Shown here: piece after piece, positions 43,198-51,890 of the stretch | How positions within the stretch are numbered: position 1 is the first letter of the stretch | How the letters are laid out: each line of letters begins with the position of its first letter | Source of the DNA: Thermoplasmata archaeon | Lineage (GTDB): Archaea; Thermoplasmatota; Thermoplasmata; Lutacidiplasmatales; UBA184 | Length of the DNA: 64,000 bases | Reading direction: 5' to 3' | Assembly: GCA_028864975.1 (NCBI GenBank) | Contig: JAGWLG010000017.1 | Coordinates: forward strand, 1,624-65,623 | Program-made: the position numbers and the translations under genes | Notes under the pieces: generated by a model | The model's input: the letters and a program-made list of their open reading frames with translations, nothing else | Databases searched by the model: none | What the model was told of the DNA's origin: nothing

Positions 43198-45357
43198 TCA
43201 CGAGCCCGCCCCTCCTCCGAGGAAGACGATCCCGAGGAAGGCCCCGACCGCGTAGACCAGGACCGCCAGCCAGAGGAACTGCCCAACGAGCGTCCAGAAC
43301 TTGAGCCGGTCCCCGCCGGTCTCGATCCCGATCGAGAAGGCCCCGATGATGAAGACCATCTCCAGGAGGTAGACCCCCATCACGGCAAAGAAGAGGGGCG
43401 GTGGGACCGCCAGCGCGCCGCTGGCGAGGACCCCCGAGAGCAGAAGGTAGAGCGCCCCCGTCATCCCCATGACGATCGGGGCGAAGAAGAAGGCCGAGCC
43501 CTTCATCATCTGGACCGTGCCGCGCAGCGAGGTCCGGATCGAGGCGTCGGTGTTCCGGAGCTCCTTCAGGTGCTGGGCCATCGGGATCACGGTGTCCGTG
43601 ACCGCCTGCGGGCCTTTCGAGGCCGCCTCCAGCAAGGCGCGCAAGGAGACGCGCATCTGGCGAGAGGGATAGCGGGTCAGAAGGCCCGGGCCCCGTGCCG
43701 AACCGAAGAGCGCCTGCTCGGGGGTCCCTCCGCTCACCCGAAGGACGTGGAGCGTCCGGTCGAAGAACTGGGAGGACTCGGTCCCCCGCATCCCCGCGCT
43801 CGTCCGTTCCACCGCGCGCTCGAAACGGAGCCCTTCGCCCATACGGCTCGCGAGCTGGAAGAGCGTGTCGGGGAACTCGTTCTCGAGCTTCTGGAGGGCG
43901 TTGCCCCGCTTGGCGAGGGCCCGGGTCCGCACGTGCACCCCCATCGAGATGCCGGCGCCCAGCCCGAGGAGCACGAAGACCGGCCAGGCCAGGGTCCCGG
44001 GGGGGCCGAAGTACCCCAGGTAGGCGGGGAGCGCGAGGGCTCCCGCCAAGCCCCCCGTGGCGGCCGCCAAGAGCGCGGACTCGCCTCGCGACGGTCGGCG
44101 GACCCCCTGCTCCGGGGGGCGGGGCGGCGTGACGGTCCCCGGACGTTTCGAGAGGATCTGCATGGAATAGAGGAGCGCGACGAAAGGGAAGCCGACGTCC
44201 ATGGCGAGGACGAAACCGACGACCGTCACGATGCTGTTCGTGCTGTTGGCGGAGGTTCCCGCTGATCCTGTCGTGGACGGTGCCCCCGCTGTTCCCGCTC
44301 CTGCGCCAGGGCCGGCCCCCAGGTTCCCCACGTTCGCGAGGTTCGACAGGAAGACCATCGGCAGCATCGCCCCGATGACGAGGGGCAGCAGGACCCCCAG
44401 CGCGAAGAAGACCGTGGTGGGTCCTGAGAGGGAGGAGGCGAACTCCTCGATCTTCCGACGGGTCCCGGAGAGGACGATGTCCTGGGCCTTCTCCAGGTTC
44501 CGCGTCAACCCTTCGTCGGTCTTCTCGTGGGTCGAGAGGCGGAGCGCGTACATGGACCGCATGAAGTCCTCGTTCCAGTTCCCCCACTCGTCGGCGAAGT
44601 GGAGGAAGGACTCCTCGAGCGAGGGGTGCTTGCGGGACATCACGTCCCACTGGACCTTCTTGAGAGCGGCCCCCAAGTTCCCCTCGACGTTCTCGGAGGC
44701 GAACCGGACCGCCCGGGGGAGCGACCGGTTGAGCCTCAGGGACATGGCCATGTAGTGGACGGCTTCTGGGGCCCGTCCCAGGGTCTGCACGCGCAGACGC
44801 CGCGCCAGCATGCCCGGGTAGTTGTACACGAACAGGTAGAGCGAGATGGGGAGCACGAAGGCGAGCAGCGCGACCACGAGGAGGAAAGGCGAGACGACCC
44901 CCTGGCTGAGGACCACGAGGGCCACGAGGGTGCCCACGAGCGCGACAAAGGAGAGCAAGAGCCCTCCCACCGCGGCGTAGTGCACCTCGTCCGGGGTGAC
45001 CTCGAGCCCGGCGAAGTAGATCTCCCGCTTGAAGGCGGTCCGACGGACGGCCTCTTCCAGGCTCTCGCAGCGGCGCTGCAGCGAGGCGAGCTTCCGCTCC
45101 TGGCGGTCCCTCGCGGAGCCGCCGTGAGGGTCGATCGCCTCCTCGCGGGCGAGGATGGAGGTGAGGCGTTGACGGTCCGCGCGGGCGCGCTCCAGCGCCC
45201 TCTGCAGCCGGGCGGTCCTCCGGGCCGGGTCTGCGTAGCCGAGCAGTGCGCGGCCCAGGAGGTGGACGAGCGCGACGTACGCCTTCCCCGGGGCCTCCTC
45301 CTGGACGGTCGGGGGACCCGCGGGCGGGCTTCCCAGCGGGGCTTCCGCGCTATCCAT
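43198..45357 (-). CDS. FlaJ/TadC/PilC-type (T2SSF) polytopic platform protein, fused two-domain archaeal form (720 aa)
   Basis: Two repeats of [TM helices plus a cytoplasmic helical domain]: 'YPGMLARRLRVQTLGRAPEAVHYMAMSLRLNRSLPRAV' and 'LENEFPDTLFQLASRMGEGLRFERAVERT'. An N-terminal coiled-coil-like extension is present. The start at 45357 overlaps the ATPase stop by 8 nt. Confidence 0.8.
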   Translation of the reverse strand: MDSAEAPLGSPPAGPPTVQEEAPGKAYVALVHLLGRALLGYADPARRTARLQRALERARADRQRLTSILAREEAIDPHGGSARDRQERKLASLQRRCESLEEAVRRTAFKREIYFAGLEVTPDEVHYAAVGGLLLSFVALVGTLVALVVLSQGVVSPFLLVVALLAFVLPISLYLFVYNYPGMLARRLRVQTLGRAPEAVHYMAMSLRLNRSLPRAVRFASENVEGNLGAALKKVQWDVMSRKHPSLEESFLHFADEWGNWNEDFMRSMYALRLSTHEKTDEGLTRNLEKAQDIVLSGTRRKIEEFASSLSGPTTVFFALGVLLPLVIGAMLPMVFLSNLANVGNLGAGPGAGAGTAGAPSTTGSAGTSANSTNSIVTVVGFVLAMDVGFPFVALLYSMQILSKRPGTVTPPRPPEQGVRRPSRGESALLAAATGGLAGALALPAYLGYFGPPGTLAWPVFVLLGLGAGISMGVHVRTRALAKRGNALQKLENEFPDTLFQLASRMGEGLRFERAVERTSAGMRGTESSQFFDRTLHVLRVSGGTPEQALFGSARGPGLLTRYPSRQMRVSLRALLEAASKGPQAVTDTVIPMAQHLKELRNTDASIRTSLRGTVQMMKGSAFFFAPIVMGMTGALYLLLSGVLASGALAVPPPLFFAVMGVYLLEMVFIIGAFSIGIETGGDRLKFWTLVGQFLWLAVLVYAVGAFLGIVFLGGGAGS

Positions 45358-47740
45358 GCTGGAGCGCCCCCCGCAACCACTCGAGCCACTCGGAGTAGAG
45401 GGCACTGTAGTCGACGCGATGGTCGATGATCTCCTCCGCATGCCGCTCGAGGAGCTCCCAGAACGCGGCGTTCGAGGAGGCGACCCAGGGCGCGGAGAGG
45501 ACGTCGGGGCGCCCCTCGCCCTTGGCGACCTCGACCAGCTTCTCCCGGATCCGGGCCCTCAGCCGGATGTTCTCCATGGCCTCGGCGTAGGAGAGCCCCC
45601 AGGCCTGAGCGATCCGACGTATGCGGTCGGACCCTTCCACGAGCGCGCTGGTCTCCCGGAGCTGGTCCGTCGATTCGTCGTAGGCGAGGAGCTCCCGGAA
45701 CGTCCCCGGGGCGACCCCTTCCTCCTTCGCGACCTCGCTCACTTCGAGGACGCGGCGGCGCTGGGACCGCACCGACCCCGCGGGGTTGGTGAGCCCGCTC
45801 ACCACGACGACGTCCGTCGCGTTGAACGAGGTCGCGGAGATCCCGATATCGTGGACCACACGCTCGAAGATCGCGCGGGAGGAGTTCCCGTGGATGGTCC
45901 CCAGGACGGCGCTCCCGGCGGTCCCCGCCCGCATCGCTTCGTAGAGGGTCCGGGCCTCCTGGCCCCGGACCTCACCCAGGACGATCGCGCTCTCTCCGAG
46001 CCGCAGGGAGACCTTGAGCGCGTCCTCCGCGCTCATCTCGGTCTCTCCTCCCACCGAGGATCGGACGAAGATGGTCTGCACCTTGTAGCCGAACTGCCGC
46101 ATCTCGACGCTGGGAAGCTCGAGGGTGTCCTCGATGGTAAGGATCCTCTGGGTCTTGGGGAACTCGAGCATGAGCGCCCCCACGAGGGAGGTCTTCCCCG
46201 CGCCGCGCGCCCCTGCGACGAGGATGGTCGAGCGGCCGTCGATGAGGAAGGAGAGGAGCCCCGCGGCGAGGGGGGTCATGGCCTCGAGGTAGACGAACTT
46301 CGTGAGCGTCCACGGGTCCGTTGCGTGGCGCCGGAGCGCCATGGCGATCCCGTCGGGGGAGAGCGGACGGCCGATCACCGTCGCCCGGACCCCGTAGTCC
46401 CTGAGGTCGGTCTCGAGGACCGGCATCGACTCGGAGAAGGGGCGGCCGCTCTCCACCAGCAGTCGCGCGAGCAGCGCTTCCGCTTCCTCGTCGGTCACGG
46501 TCACGTTCGTGATGCACTTGTCGCCGATGTCCCGGCGACCGAACCCTCCGACCCGAAGGTGGACACGGTTCTCCGAGGCCGGGGCGTCAACGTAGAGGTC
46601 CTGGACGTGCGGGTCGGCGAGCAGCACCTCCAGCACGCCAAAGCCCACGACGTGCCGCGTCAGCACCTCCGAGAGCTGCTCCAGCTTCGCCAGTCGAGCC
46701 GAGGAGTTCCCGGGGAGCACGATCCCGGTCTCGCGCGAGACCCGCTGGAGGAAGCGAAGCGAGAGCTCGTGCACGACGTGCCGCGTCTGGGAGAGGCTGT
46801 TGACCGTGAGGTGCTTCGGATAGTACTCGACGAGCTCGTCGCGGGTCCGGTGCAGGAGCTCGACCTCGTCCTCCGTCAGATGATAGTCCGCCAGGTCGAG
46901 GTGGTAGAGGATGTCGATCTCCTCGGGGACCCGGTAGAGACGTACCTGGCTGCGTCCGAGCGGGTACTCGGTCAGGAGCTCGGCCCCCTCGGGCGGGACC
47001 AGGTTCACCCAGCAGCCGGAGAATCCCGGGCGGGTCAACGAACCTCGGCGCAGCCGTCGCGTGACCATCCGGGAGAAGTTGGGCGGGACCCGCTCGAGGC
47101 TCGCCTGGATCCCGCGAAGGACCCCGGGCCGCTCCTCCACGGGAAGCGCTCGGCGGGGTGCGAGGGCGCTGAACCCCGCGCGGCCTCCCCCCAAGGGGAG
47201 GCCGATCCCCCCGGAGGGGGTCAGCGGGGCACGAAGTGCGATGGGTGGAGGGGCCACCGCGGGGACCACGGGGGCCGTCCGGACCCCCGCCCACGGAGGC
47301 GAGGCCGGGGTCGAAGGCGGAGCGGGGGCTGACGACGGGGGGGAGCTCAGAGCGCTGGCCCCGGCGGCCGTCCCTGTGCTCGGTAGGTGCGCGCGGAGCC
47401 AAGGGGGCGGCGGCGGTGGCGCCCGCTGCGCCTCGGGAGGGGGCAGCGTGGGGGAGGAGGGAGGGGGAGGTGACGCGGGCGGAGGGGCCGAAGGAGGAGG
47501 AGGAAAGGGAGCAGTCAGAGGTCCTGGTGCAGGAGAGGGTACGGGCGGGGGCGGGGCCCCAGTTGGTGGAGGCGGCGGAGGGGTGTAATGGGTCACTGGG
47601 ACGGGAGGCTCCCTCCATGGATCGTGGGGCGGAGCGGGGCGTTCGGTGTCGAGGGCGATCGAGGTGATCGTGAGGCCGCAGGTGGGGCAAGCCCGCTCGC
47701 CCTCCCGCAACCGTGTACCGCATCGCGGGCAGTTCCCCAT
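45350..47740 (-). CDS. FlaI/PilB/VirB11-type secretion ATPase with an N-terminal zinc ribbon and a ~170-aa Pro-rich linker
   Basis: Walker A 'VAGARGAGKTS', Asp box 'ILTIEDTLEL', Walker B 'AIVLGEVRGQEA', His box 'VLGTIHGNS'. N-terminus 'MGNCPRCGTRLREGERACPTCG' is followed by PPPPP-rich sequence. Confidence 0.9.
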   Translation of the reverse strand: MGNCPRCGTRLREGERACPTCGLTITSIALDTERPAPPHDPWREPPVPVTHYTPPPPPPTGAPPPPVPSPAPGPLTAPFPPPPSAPPPASPPPPSSPTLPPPEAQRAPPPPPPWLRAHLPSTGTAAGASALSSPPSSAPAPPSTPASPPWAGVRTAPVVPAVAPPPIALRAPLTPSGGIGLPLGGGRAGFSALAPRRALPVEERPGVLRGIQASLERVPPNFSRMVTRRLRRGSLTRPGFSGCWVNLVPPEGAELLTEYPLGRSQVRLYRVPEEIDILYHLDLADYHLTEDEVELLHRTRDELVEYYPKHLTVNSLSQTRHVVHELSLRFLQRVSRETGIVLPGNSSARLAKLEQLSEVLTRHVVGFGVLEVLLADPHVQDLYVDAPASENRVHLRVGGFGRRDIGDKCITNVTVTDEEAEALLARLLVESGRPFSESMPVLETDLRDYGVRATVIGRPLSPDGIAMALRRHATDPWTLTKFVYLEAMTPLAAGLLSFLIDGRSTILVAGARGAGKTSLVGALMLEFPKTQRILTIEDTLELPSVEMRQFGYKVQTIFVRSSVGGETEMSAEDALKVSLRLGESAIVLGEVRGQEARTLYEAMRAGTAGSAVLGTIHGNSSRAIFERVVHDIGISATSFNATDVVVVSGLTNPAGSVRSQRRRVLEVSEVAKEEGVAPGTFRELLAYDESTDQLRETSALVEGSDRIRRIAQAWGLSYAEAMENIRLRARIREKLVEVAKGEGRPDVLSAPWVASSNAAFWELLERHAEEIIDHRVDYSALYSEWLEWLRGALQHG

Positions 47741-47760
47741 GAGCTCCTCCTCCCTCGACC

Positions 47761-48849
47761 TCAGCTGCTGCCTCGACCCGGGGTCGAAGCTCCCGGTGGA
47801 GGGGACGGCGAGGAGGGGGAGGACGAGCTCGCCGAAGTCGGGCCTCCGCGTCCGGCAGCTTTGCCGCGGGAGGTGCTCGAACCACCTCGGACCTTGGAGA
47901 CGAGCTCGGAGAGCTCATGGCTCACGAGCTCAAGGTCGCTCACCGTCACGCCGAGGCAACGCACACACTCCTCGTCGGGCCGCCCCGTGCCCAGCACCTG
48001 GACCTTTTCCTTGAGGTCGTCCAGGAATTCCGGCCAACCGATCCGAAGGCTCTCCTCAAGCTCGGGGAAGAACATCCGGGGATTGAAGGCGCACGTCGCA
48101 CAGTCCAGGCGCTTGAGCCGACGCTGCAGGTTGCCGCGGTTGGTCTCCACCGTGGAGATCTTCTCTTCCAGAGGGAGCTCCTGTGGCGTCGACCCTGGGG
48201 ACGGCGCGACGCTACCTGAGGGGGGTGCGCTACTCCGCGACGGGAAGGAGGTCGCACGGGGCGGGGGGGCCGTGGGACCGGCGCGGCCCAAGGGATCGGG
48301 AGCGGTCGTCGCCTCTGAAGAGGGTCGCACCGGTGGGGGCGTGGGGGGAGTGCGGCGCGCGCCCGGGCCCAGGACGCGGCGGAGCTCCTCCTCCTTCTCC
48401 TCCTCGGCCTCCTCGTCGTCGACGGGGGCCCGGGCGGCCTCAAGGTCCGCCTGGCGGTAGAGGTCCTCTAGAAGGTCGTCGAGGTCCGCGCCCGGGATGA
48501 CGATCCCGTCGAGGAGGGGCTGCGGCGGTCGCGTCGCCAGCTGCTGAAGGAGCTTCTGCAGGCCCAGCACCTGCCGCAGCAGCTGGACGGTCTCGCTCGA
48601 GAACTGCCGCATCGTCCGCCCCGACAAGGTCAGGAGGTCGACGTGGTACTCCTCGCCGAGGGCTTGGAGCACGGCCGCGAGGCAGCGGGGGTCGGCGAGC
48701 GCGTCGGGCCCCTCGCAGGCGTCGCAGCGAAGGATCAGATTCGCGGCGCCCCCGGAGGAACGGACCTCGTACTCGAACGGGGGGACCTCGACCTCCTCCG
48801 GCGGCTCCTCCTCCTCGTCGTCCGCGCGACGCCGGTCCGGGGGGGTCAT
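47761..48849 (-). CDS. Acidic cytoplasmic protein with two Cys motifs, immediately upstream of the ATPase (unknown function)
   Basis: 'CDACEGPDALADPRC' near the N-terminus and 'CATCAF...x44...CVRC' near the C-terminus, with Glu/Asp runs and a Pro/Ser-rich centre. It sits in the same position as the uncharacterised 'X' genes of crenarchaeal ups/aap pilus operons. This is positional analogy only. Confidence 0.6.
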   Translation of the reverse strand: MTPPDRRRADDEEEEPPEEVEVPPFEYEVRSSGGAANLILRCDACEGPDALADPRCLAAVLQALGEEYHVDLLTLSGRTMRQFSSETVQLLRQVLGLQKLLQQLATRPPQPLLDGIVIPGADLDDLLEDLYRQADLEAARAPVDDEEAEEEKEEELRRVLGPGARRTPPTPPPVRPSSEATTAPDPLGRAGPTAPPPRATSFPSRSSAPPSGSVAPSPGSTPQELPLEEKISTVETNRGNLQRRLKRLDCATCAFNPRMFFPELEESLRIGWPEFLDDLKEKVQVLGTGRPDEECVRCLGVTVSDLELVSHELSELVSKVRGGSSTSRGKAAGRGGPTSASSSSPSSPSPPPGASTPGRGSS

Positions 48850-48901
48850 CGTCCTCCGAACGCTCCCCGGAGAGGGAAGGGCCCCGGGCCCTCCTCAGCG
48901 C

Positions 48902-50791
48902 TCACCCGAACCCCGGTGGCAATCGGGAGGACCGGCGGGTCCGACGGCCCCGGCTCGTGCCTCCTCTCGGGCGTCCGCGCGCCCCCCAACCCCGCTCTTG
49001 GCGCCCTAGACGGGGGCTCTCTTCCACGTCCGGTGGCGGAGGAGGCTCTCGGCCCGAACGGAAGAGCAAGGCACCCGCGACGGCCGCGCCGACGACGAGC
49101 AGCGCGACCCCCATGATCTCGGCCAGGAAGAAGGGGTCGGGAGGAGGGGGGGCGGGGAAGGTGGTCCCGCTCCCGACGGCGACCTCCTGGTAGAGGCCGA
49201 AGAACGACCTCAGGGTGACGGAGACATTGTAGGTCGTGCCGGGGGAGAGTCCCGTGAACGTCGTCGTCGTCAAGGCGGGGTCGGTCAAGGTGACCCAACC
49301 GCCCATCGCGGGACGGGGGTAGAGCTGGACCGCGTAGGAGACGAACCCCTGGACCGAGGAACCCGCGAGGTTCCAGGCCACGGTGAACGAGCTGGGCGTG
49401 ACGCCGTAAACGTAGACCACGAACCCCGGCGGCGAAGGGGCACCCGCGTCCAGGACCACCATGAGCTCGGGGAGCGCCTGGCCCGCGACGTGCTGCATGC
49501 CCACGGCGACGACCGCAAGGTCGTTGGAGGAGGCGGCGGAGAGCGAGGTCGAGGGAAGTTGGACCGTCCGGTACGGCGCGGCGGGGCCGGAGGAGAGGTT
49601 CTCGAACGGCGTGTAGTAGTAGCGCAACGTGCTGCCGATCGTCCCTGCGCCGAGGAGCGCGAAGTACGCCGGGTCGTCGGTCGAGAGCAGGACCTGCGGA
49701 AGGGGGCTCGAGAGGGTGAGCGACCAGACGGGAGTGGTGTAGGCCCCTCCCGGGCTGCCCGACATCGCCAGGGCGTTGAACGCGTAGAGCCCCCTCGTCG
49801 TCTCGACCATGAACTCGGCGCCCGAGGGCCCTGTCGCGATCTGCGAGACGCCGTCGAAGGTCGACCCGGTCGTCGCCCCGTAGCTCTGCCCGGTCACGGC
49901 GGTCTTGCCCACGTTGAAGCCGGTGTTCCCTCCAAGGAACACGTGGGTCCCGTCTGCGGAGAGGGCCGTTGCGGTGGCCGTCGCCCCGGGGTTGGGCCAG
50001 CTGTAGTTGAGAGTCGGGCTGCCGAAGTAGGGGAAGATCGTCGCCTCCGAGGTGCGGCCCTGAAGGTTCACCGTGAGCGCGACCAAGCTCCCATCGGGGG
50101 TCATCGCCACGCCCATCCCCGCCGGGGTCACTCCCCCTAAGGCCGTGTAGTGCCAGGTCATCTTGCCGTGCACGAGGTAGGCGAGGGCGACCCCCGCGAG
50201 CCCGTTCTGCAGGAACGAGCTGAGGACGGCCACGTCGCTGCTCTCGGCGTCGACCGCGACCGCGACGACCTGCTGGTTGGTGATCCCCTTTCCGAAGTAG
50301 GCCAGGTTGTCCGTGAAGTTCCAGGCCTGGAGGAAGCTCCCCGGCTGGGTCAGATTGAGCGCGTAGACCTCCGCCCCCACGGAGGTCAGGACCAGGCTGT
50401 TGGTCCCCGGGGCGGGACCCCGGGCGGAGACGGTCAGCGTCGTCGGTGCCGCGGGCAGGGCGAAGACCCCCAGCGGCTGGTTCGAGGAGATGTTGAAGAG
50501 GTAGACGTGGCCGCTGGTCGAGCCCGCCGCGACGTACCCCGGGTCGCCGGAGACCGCGACCAGGGAGATGGCGGCGGAGTCGGAGGTGTTGAAGCTCCAG
50601 CTTCCCGAGGAGATCGGGGTCAGGCTGGGCTGCAGGATCGCGGGGGCACTGCCCTCAGTGCGCGGAGCGGCGCCCGCCGGGGCCGCTGTCCCGACCGACG
50701 GCAGAGCCAGGAGGAGTCCCAGGAAGAGCGTGAGCACGACCGGAGCTTTCCAGACGACCGTGCTCTTGGGGCCCGGCCCCTTTCCGTTCAT
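48902..50791 (-). CDS. Secreted beta-propeller-like plus fibronectin-III protein with a C-terminal TM anchor
   Basis: The start at Met 50791 overlaps the upstream stop (ATGA). Signal peptide VVLTLFLGLLLALPSVGTA. Recurring blade-like motifs: 'SGDPGYVAAGSTSGHVYLFN', 'MTPDGSLVALTV', 'LSADGTHVFLGGNTG'. FN3: 'TPSSFTVAWN...FTGLSPGTTYNVSVTLRS'. TM FFLAEIMGVALLVVGAAVAGALLF. Confidence 0.7.
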   Translation of the reverse strand: MNGKGPGPKSTVVWKAPVVLTLFLGLLLALPSVGTAAPAGAAPRTEGSAPAILQPSLTPISSGSWSFNTSDSAAISLVAVSGDPGYVAAGSTSGHVYLFNISSNQPLGVFALPAAPTTLTVSARGPAPGTNSLVLTSVGAEVYALNLTQPGSFLQAWNFTDNLAYFGKGITNQQVVAVAVDAESSDVAVLSSFLQNGLAGVALAYLVHGKMTWHYTALGGVTPAGMGVAMTPDGSLVALTVNLQGRTSEATIFPYFGSPTLNYSWPNPGATATATALSADGTHVFLGGNTGFNVGKTAVTGQSYGATTGSTFDGVSQIATGPSGAEFMVETTRGLYAFNALAMSGSPGGAYTTPVWSLTLSSPLPQVLLSTDDPAYFALLGAGTIGSTLRYYYTPFENLSSGPAAPYRTVQLPSTSLSAASSNDLAVVAVGMQHVAGQALPELMVVLDAGAPSPPGFVVYVYGVTPSSFTVAWNLAGSSVQGFVSYAVQLYPRPAMGGWVTLTDPALTTTTFTGLSPGTTYNVSVTLRSFFGLYQEVAVGSGTTFPAPPPPDPFFLAEIMGVALLVVGAAVAGALLFRSGREPPPPPDVEESPRLGRQERGWGARGRPRGGTSRGRRTRRSSRLPPGFG

Positions 50792-51360
50792 GGTCCCCAG
50801 AGCTCCACCCCCACGGTCACCGACGTGTAGCCGCTGTTCAGCGGGGGGAGGGTCGTCCAGGAGGTATAGACCTGATTCTCCGTGCCGGGGGGGGTGGGAC
50901 CCAGGTCCAAATGGGCCGGGTTCCCGCAACCGGTGGCATTGGAGGCAAGGGATGCGAACGTCCATTCCCCGGAGGTGATGTTCACGAGGGCGCTCCCGAT
51001 GTCCCCTCCTACGAACCCGGCCTGAATAAGGCTCGAGGTCCCCACCGTACCGCACCCCAACCCCTGGAGGGCGGTGGCGAGCAGTTGGGAGACGGGCTGG
51101 TCGAAGAGCAGGACCGTCCCCCCGGAGCTCTGGGGAAGCCGGGTCTCGTGAAGGGTGGTCCTCAGCAGGGTCGCGAGGGTGGCTTGGGCATCCCGTTCTC
51201 CGACCACCGAGGCCGCGGACCCCTGGACGGGCGGGACCAGCACGGTGTCGATCACCACCACTGCGAGGGCGAGGATCGGGAGGAAGAGGACCGCATCGAA
51301 GAGCGCGAGCTGACCACGCTGCGTGCGGATCCGTCGTCCTCTCGGCGTATCTGGACCCAT
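50788..51360 (-). CDS. Pilin-like / TadE-like protein with a class-III signal-like N-terminus
   Basis: 'MGPDTPRGRRIRTQRGQ|LALFDAVLFLPILALAVVVI' has a basic leader, an RGQ motif and then a hydrophobic helix, as in archaeal prepilins and TadE-type pseudopilins. Confidence 0.65.
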   Translation of the reverse strand: MGPDTPRGRRIRTQRGQLALFDAVLFLPILALAVVVIDTVLVPPVQGSAASVVGERDAQATLATLLRTTLHETRLPQSSGGTVLLFDQPVSQLLATALQGLGCGTVGTSSLIQAGFVGGDIGSALVNITSGEWTFASLASNATGCGNPAHLDLGPTPPGTENQVYTSWTTLPPLNSGYTSVTVGVELWGP

Positions 51361-51370
51361 GCGACCTCCC

Positions 51371-51856
51371 TCACTCCCAGACGGTGACCTCGATCGTCGC
51401 ATCGTGCATCTCCACGTCGCTCACCCACAGGTCCACGGGGGCCTGGGCGGCGTAGCGGCCCAGGCGCAGCGCGCTGGGGTCGGTCGGCAGCGCGCCGCTC
51501 GCGACGACTCGGTCGAAGTGGGCGGGGTAATCCGACCGGTCGGTGATGTTCACCTCGAACCCGTAGGAGGGATGGTACTCCCAGCTGATGTTCGACTCGG
51601 TGAGGTTGACGACGCGCGAGGCATCGAAGACCGCGTACTGCCCCTGGTAGGTCAGGTTCCGGTAGCCCAGGAGGTCCTCCAGGAGGAGGGAGGCCTGCTC
51701 GGCGAAGGACGAACGGCCCTGACGAGCGGAGAGGGTGGTGAAGGTCGCGTCCAGGGCGGAGAAGAAGAGGATGAAGGAGATGACCACGATCAGGAGGACG
51801 GGGACCTCTTCGAGGAACCCCGCGACCCCGCGACGGGACCGCCGTGAGAGGCGCAT
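51371..51856 (-). CDS. Pilin-like protein, first gene of the operon
   Basis: 'MRLSRRSRRGVAGFLEEVPVLLIVVISFILFF' is followed by a beta-rich body with N-x-S/T sequons. The start is at Met 51856 (internal to ORF 51371..51961), with an AT-rich box about 30 nt upstream. Confidence 0.6.
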   Translation of the reverse strand: MRLSRRSRRGVAGFLEEVPVLLIVVISFILFFSALDATFTTLSARQGRSSFAEQASLLLEDLLGYRNLTYQGQYAVFDASRVVNLTESNISWEYHPSYGFEVNITDRSDYPAHFDRVVASGALPTDPSALRLGRYAAQAPVDLWVSDVEMHDATIEVTVWE

Positions 51857-51882
51857 GGGCGCCTCTTCACGTCCTGGTGAGC

Positions 51883-51890
51883 ATTTAATC
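51883..51890 (-). promoter_or_regulatory. TATA-like box (gattaaatg on the minus strand) about 30 nt upstream of ATG 51856. Candidate promoter of the pilus-like operon
   Basis: It is the only AT island in the divergent 192-nt region between 51856 and 52049. Coordinates are +/-2 nt. Confidence 0.45.
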
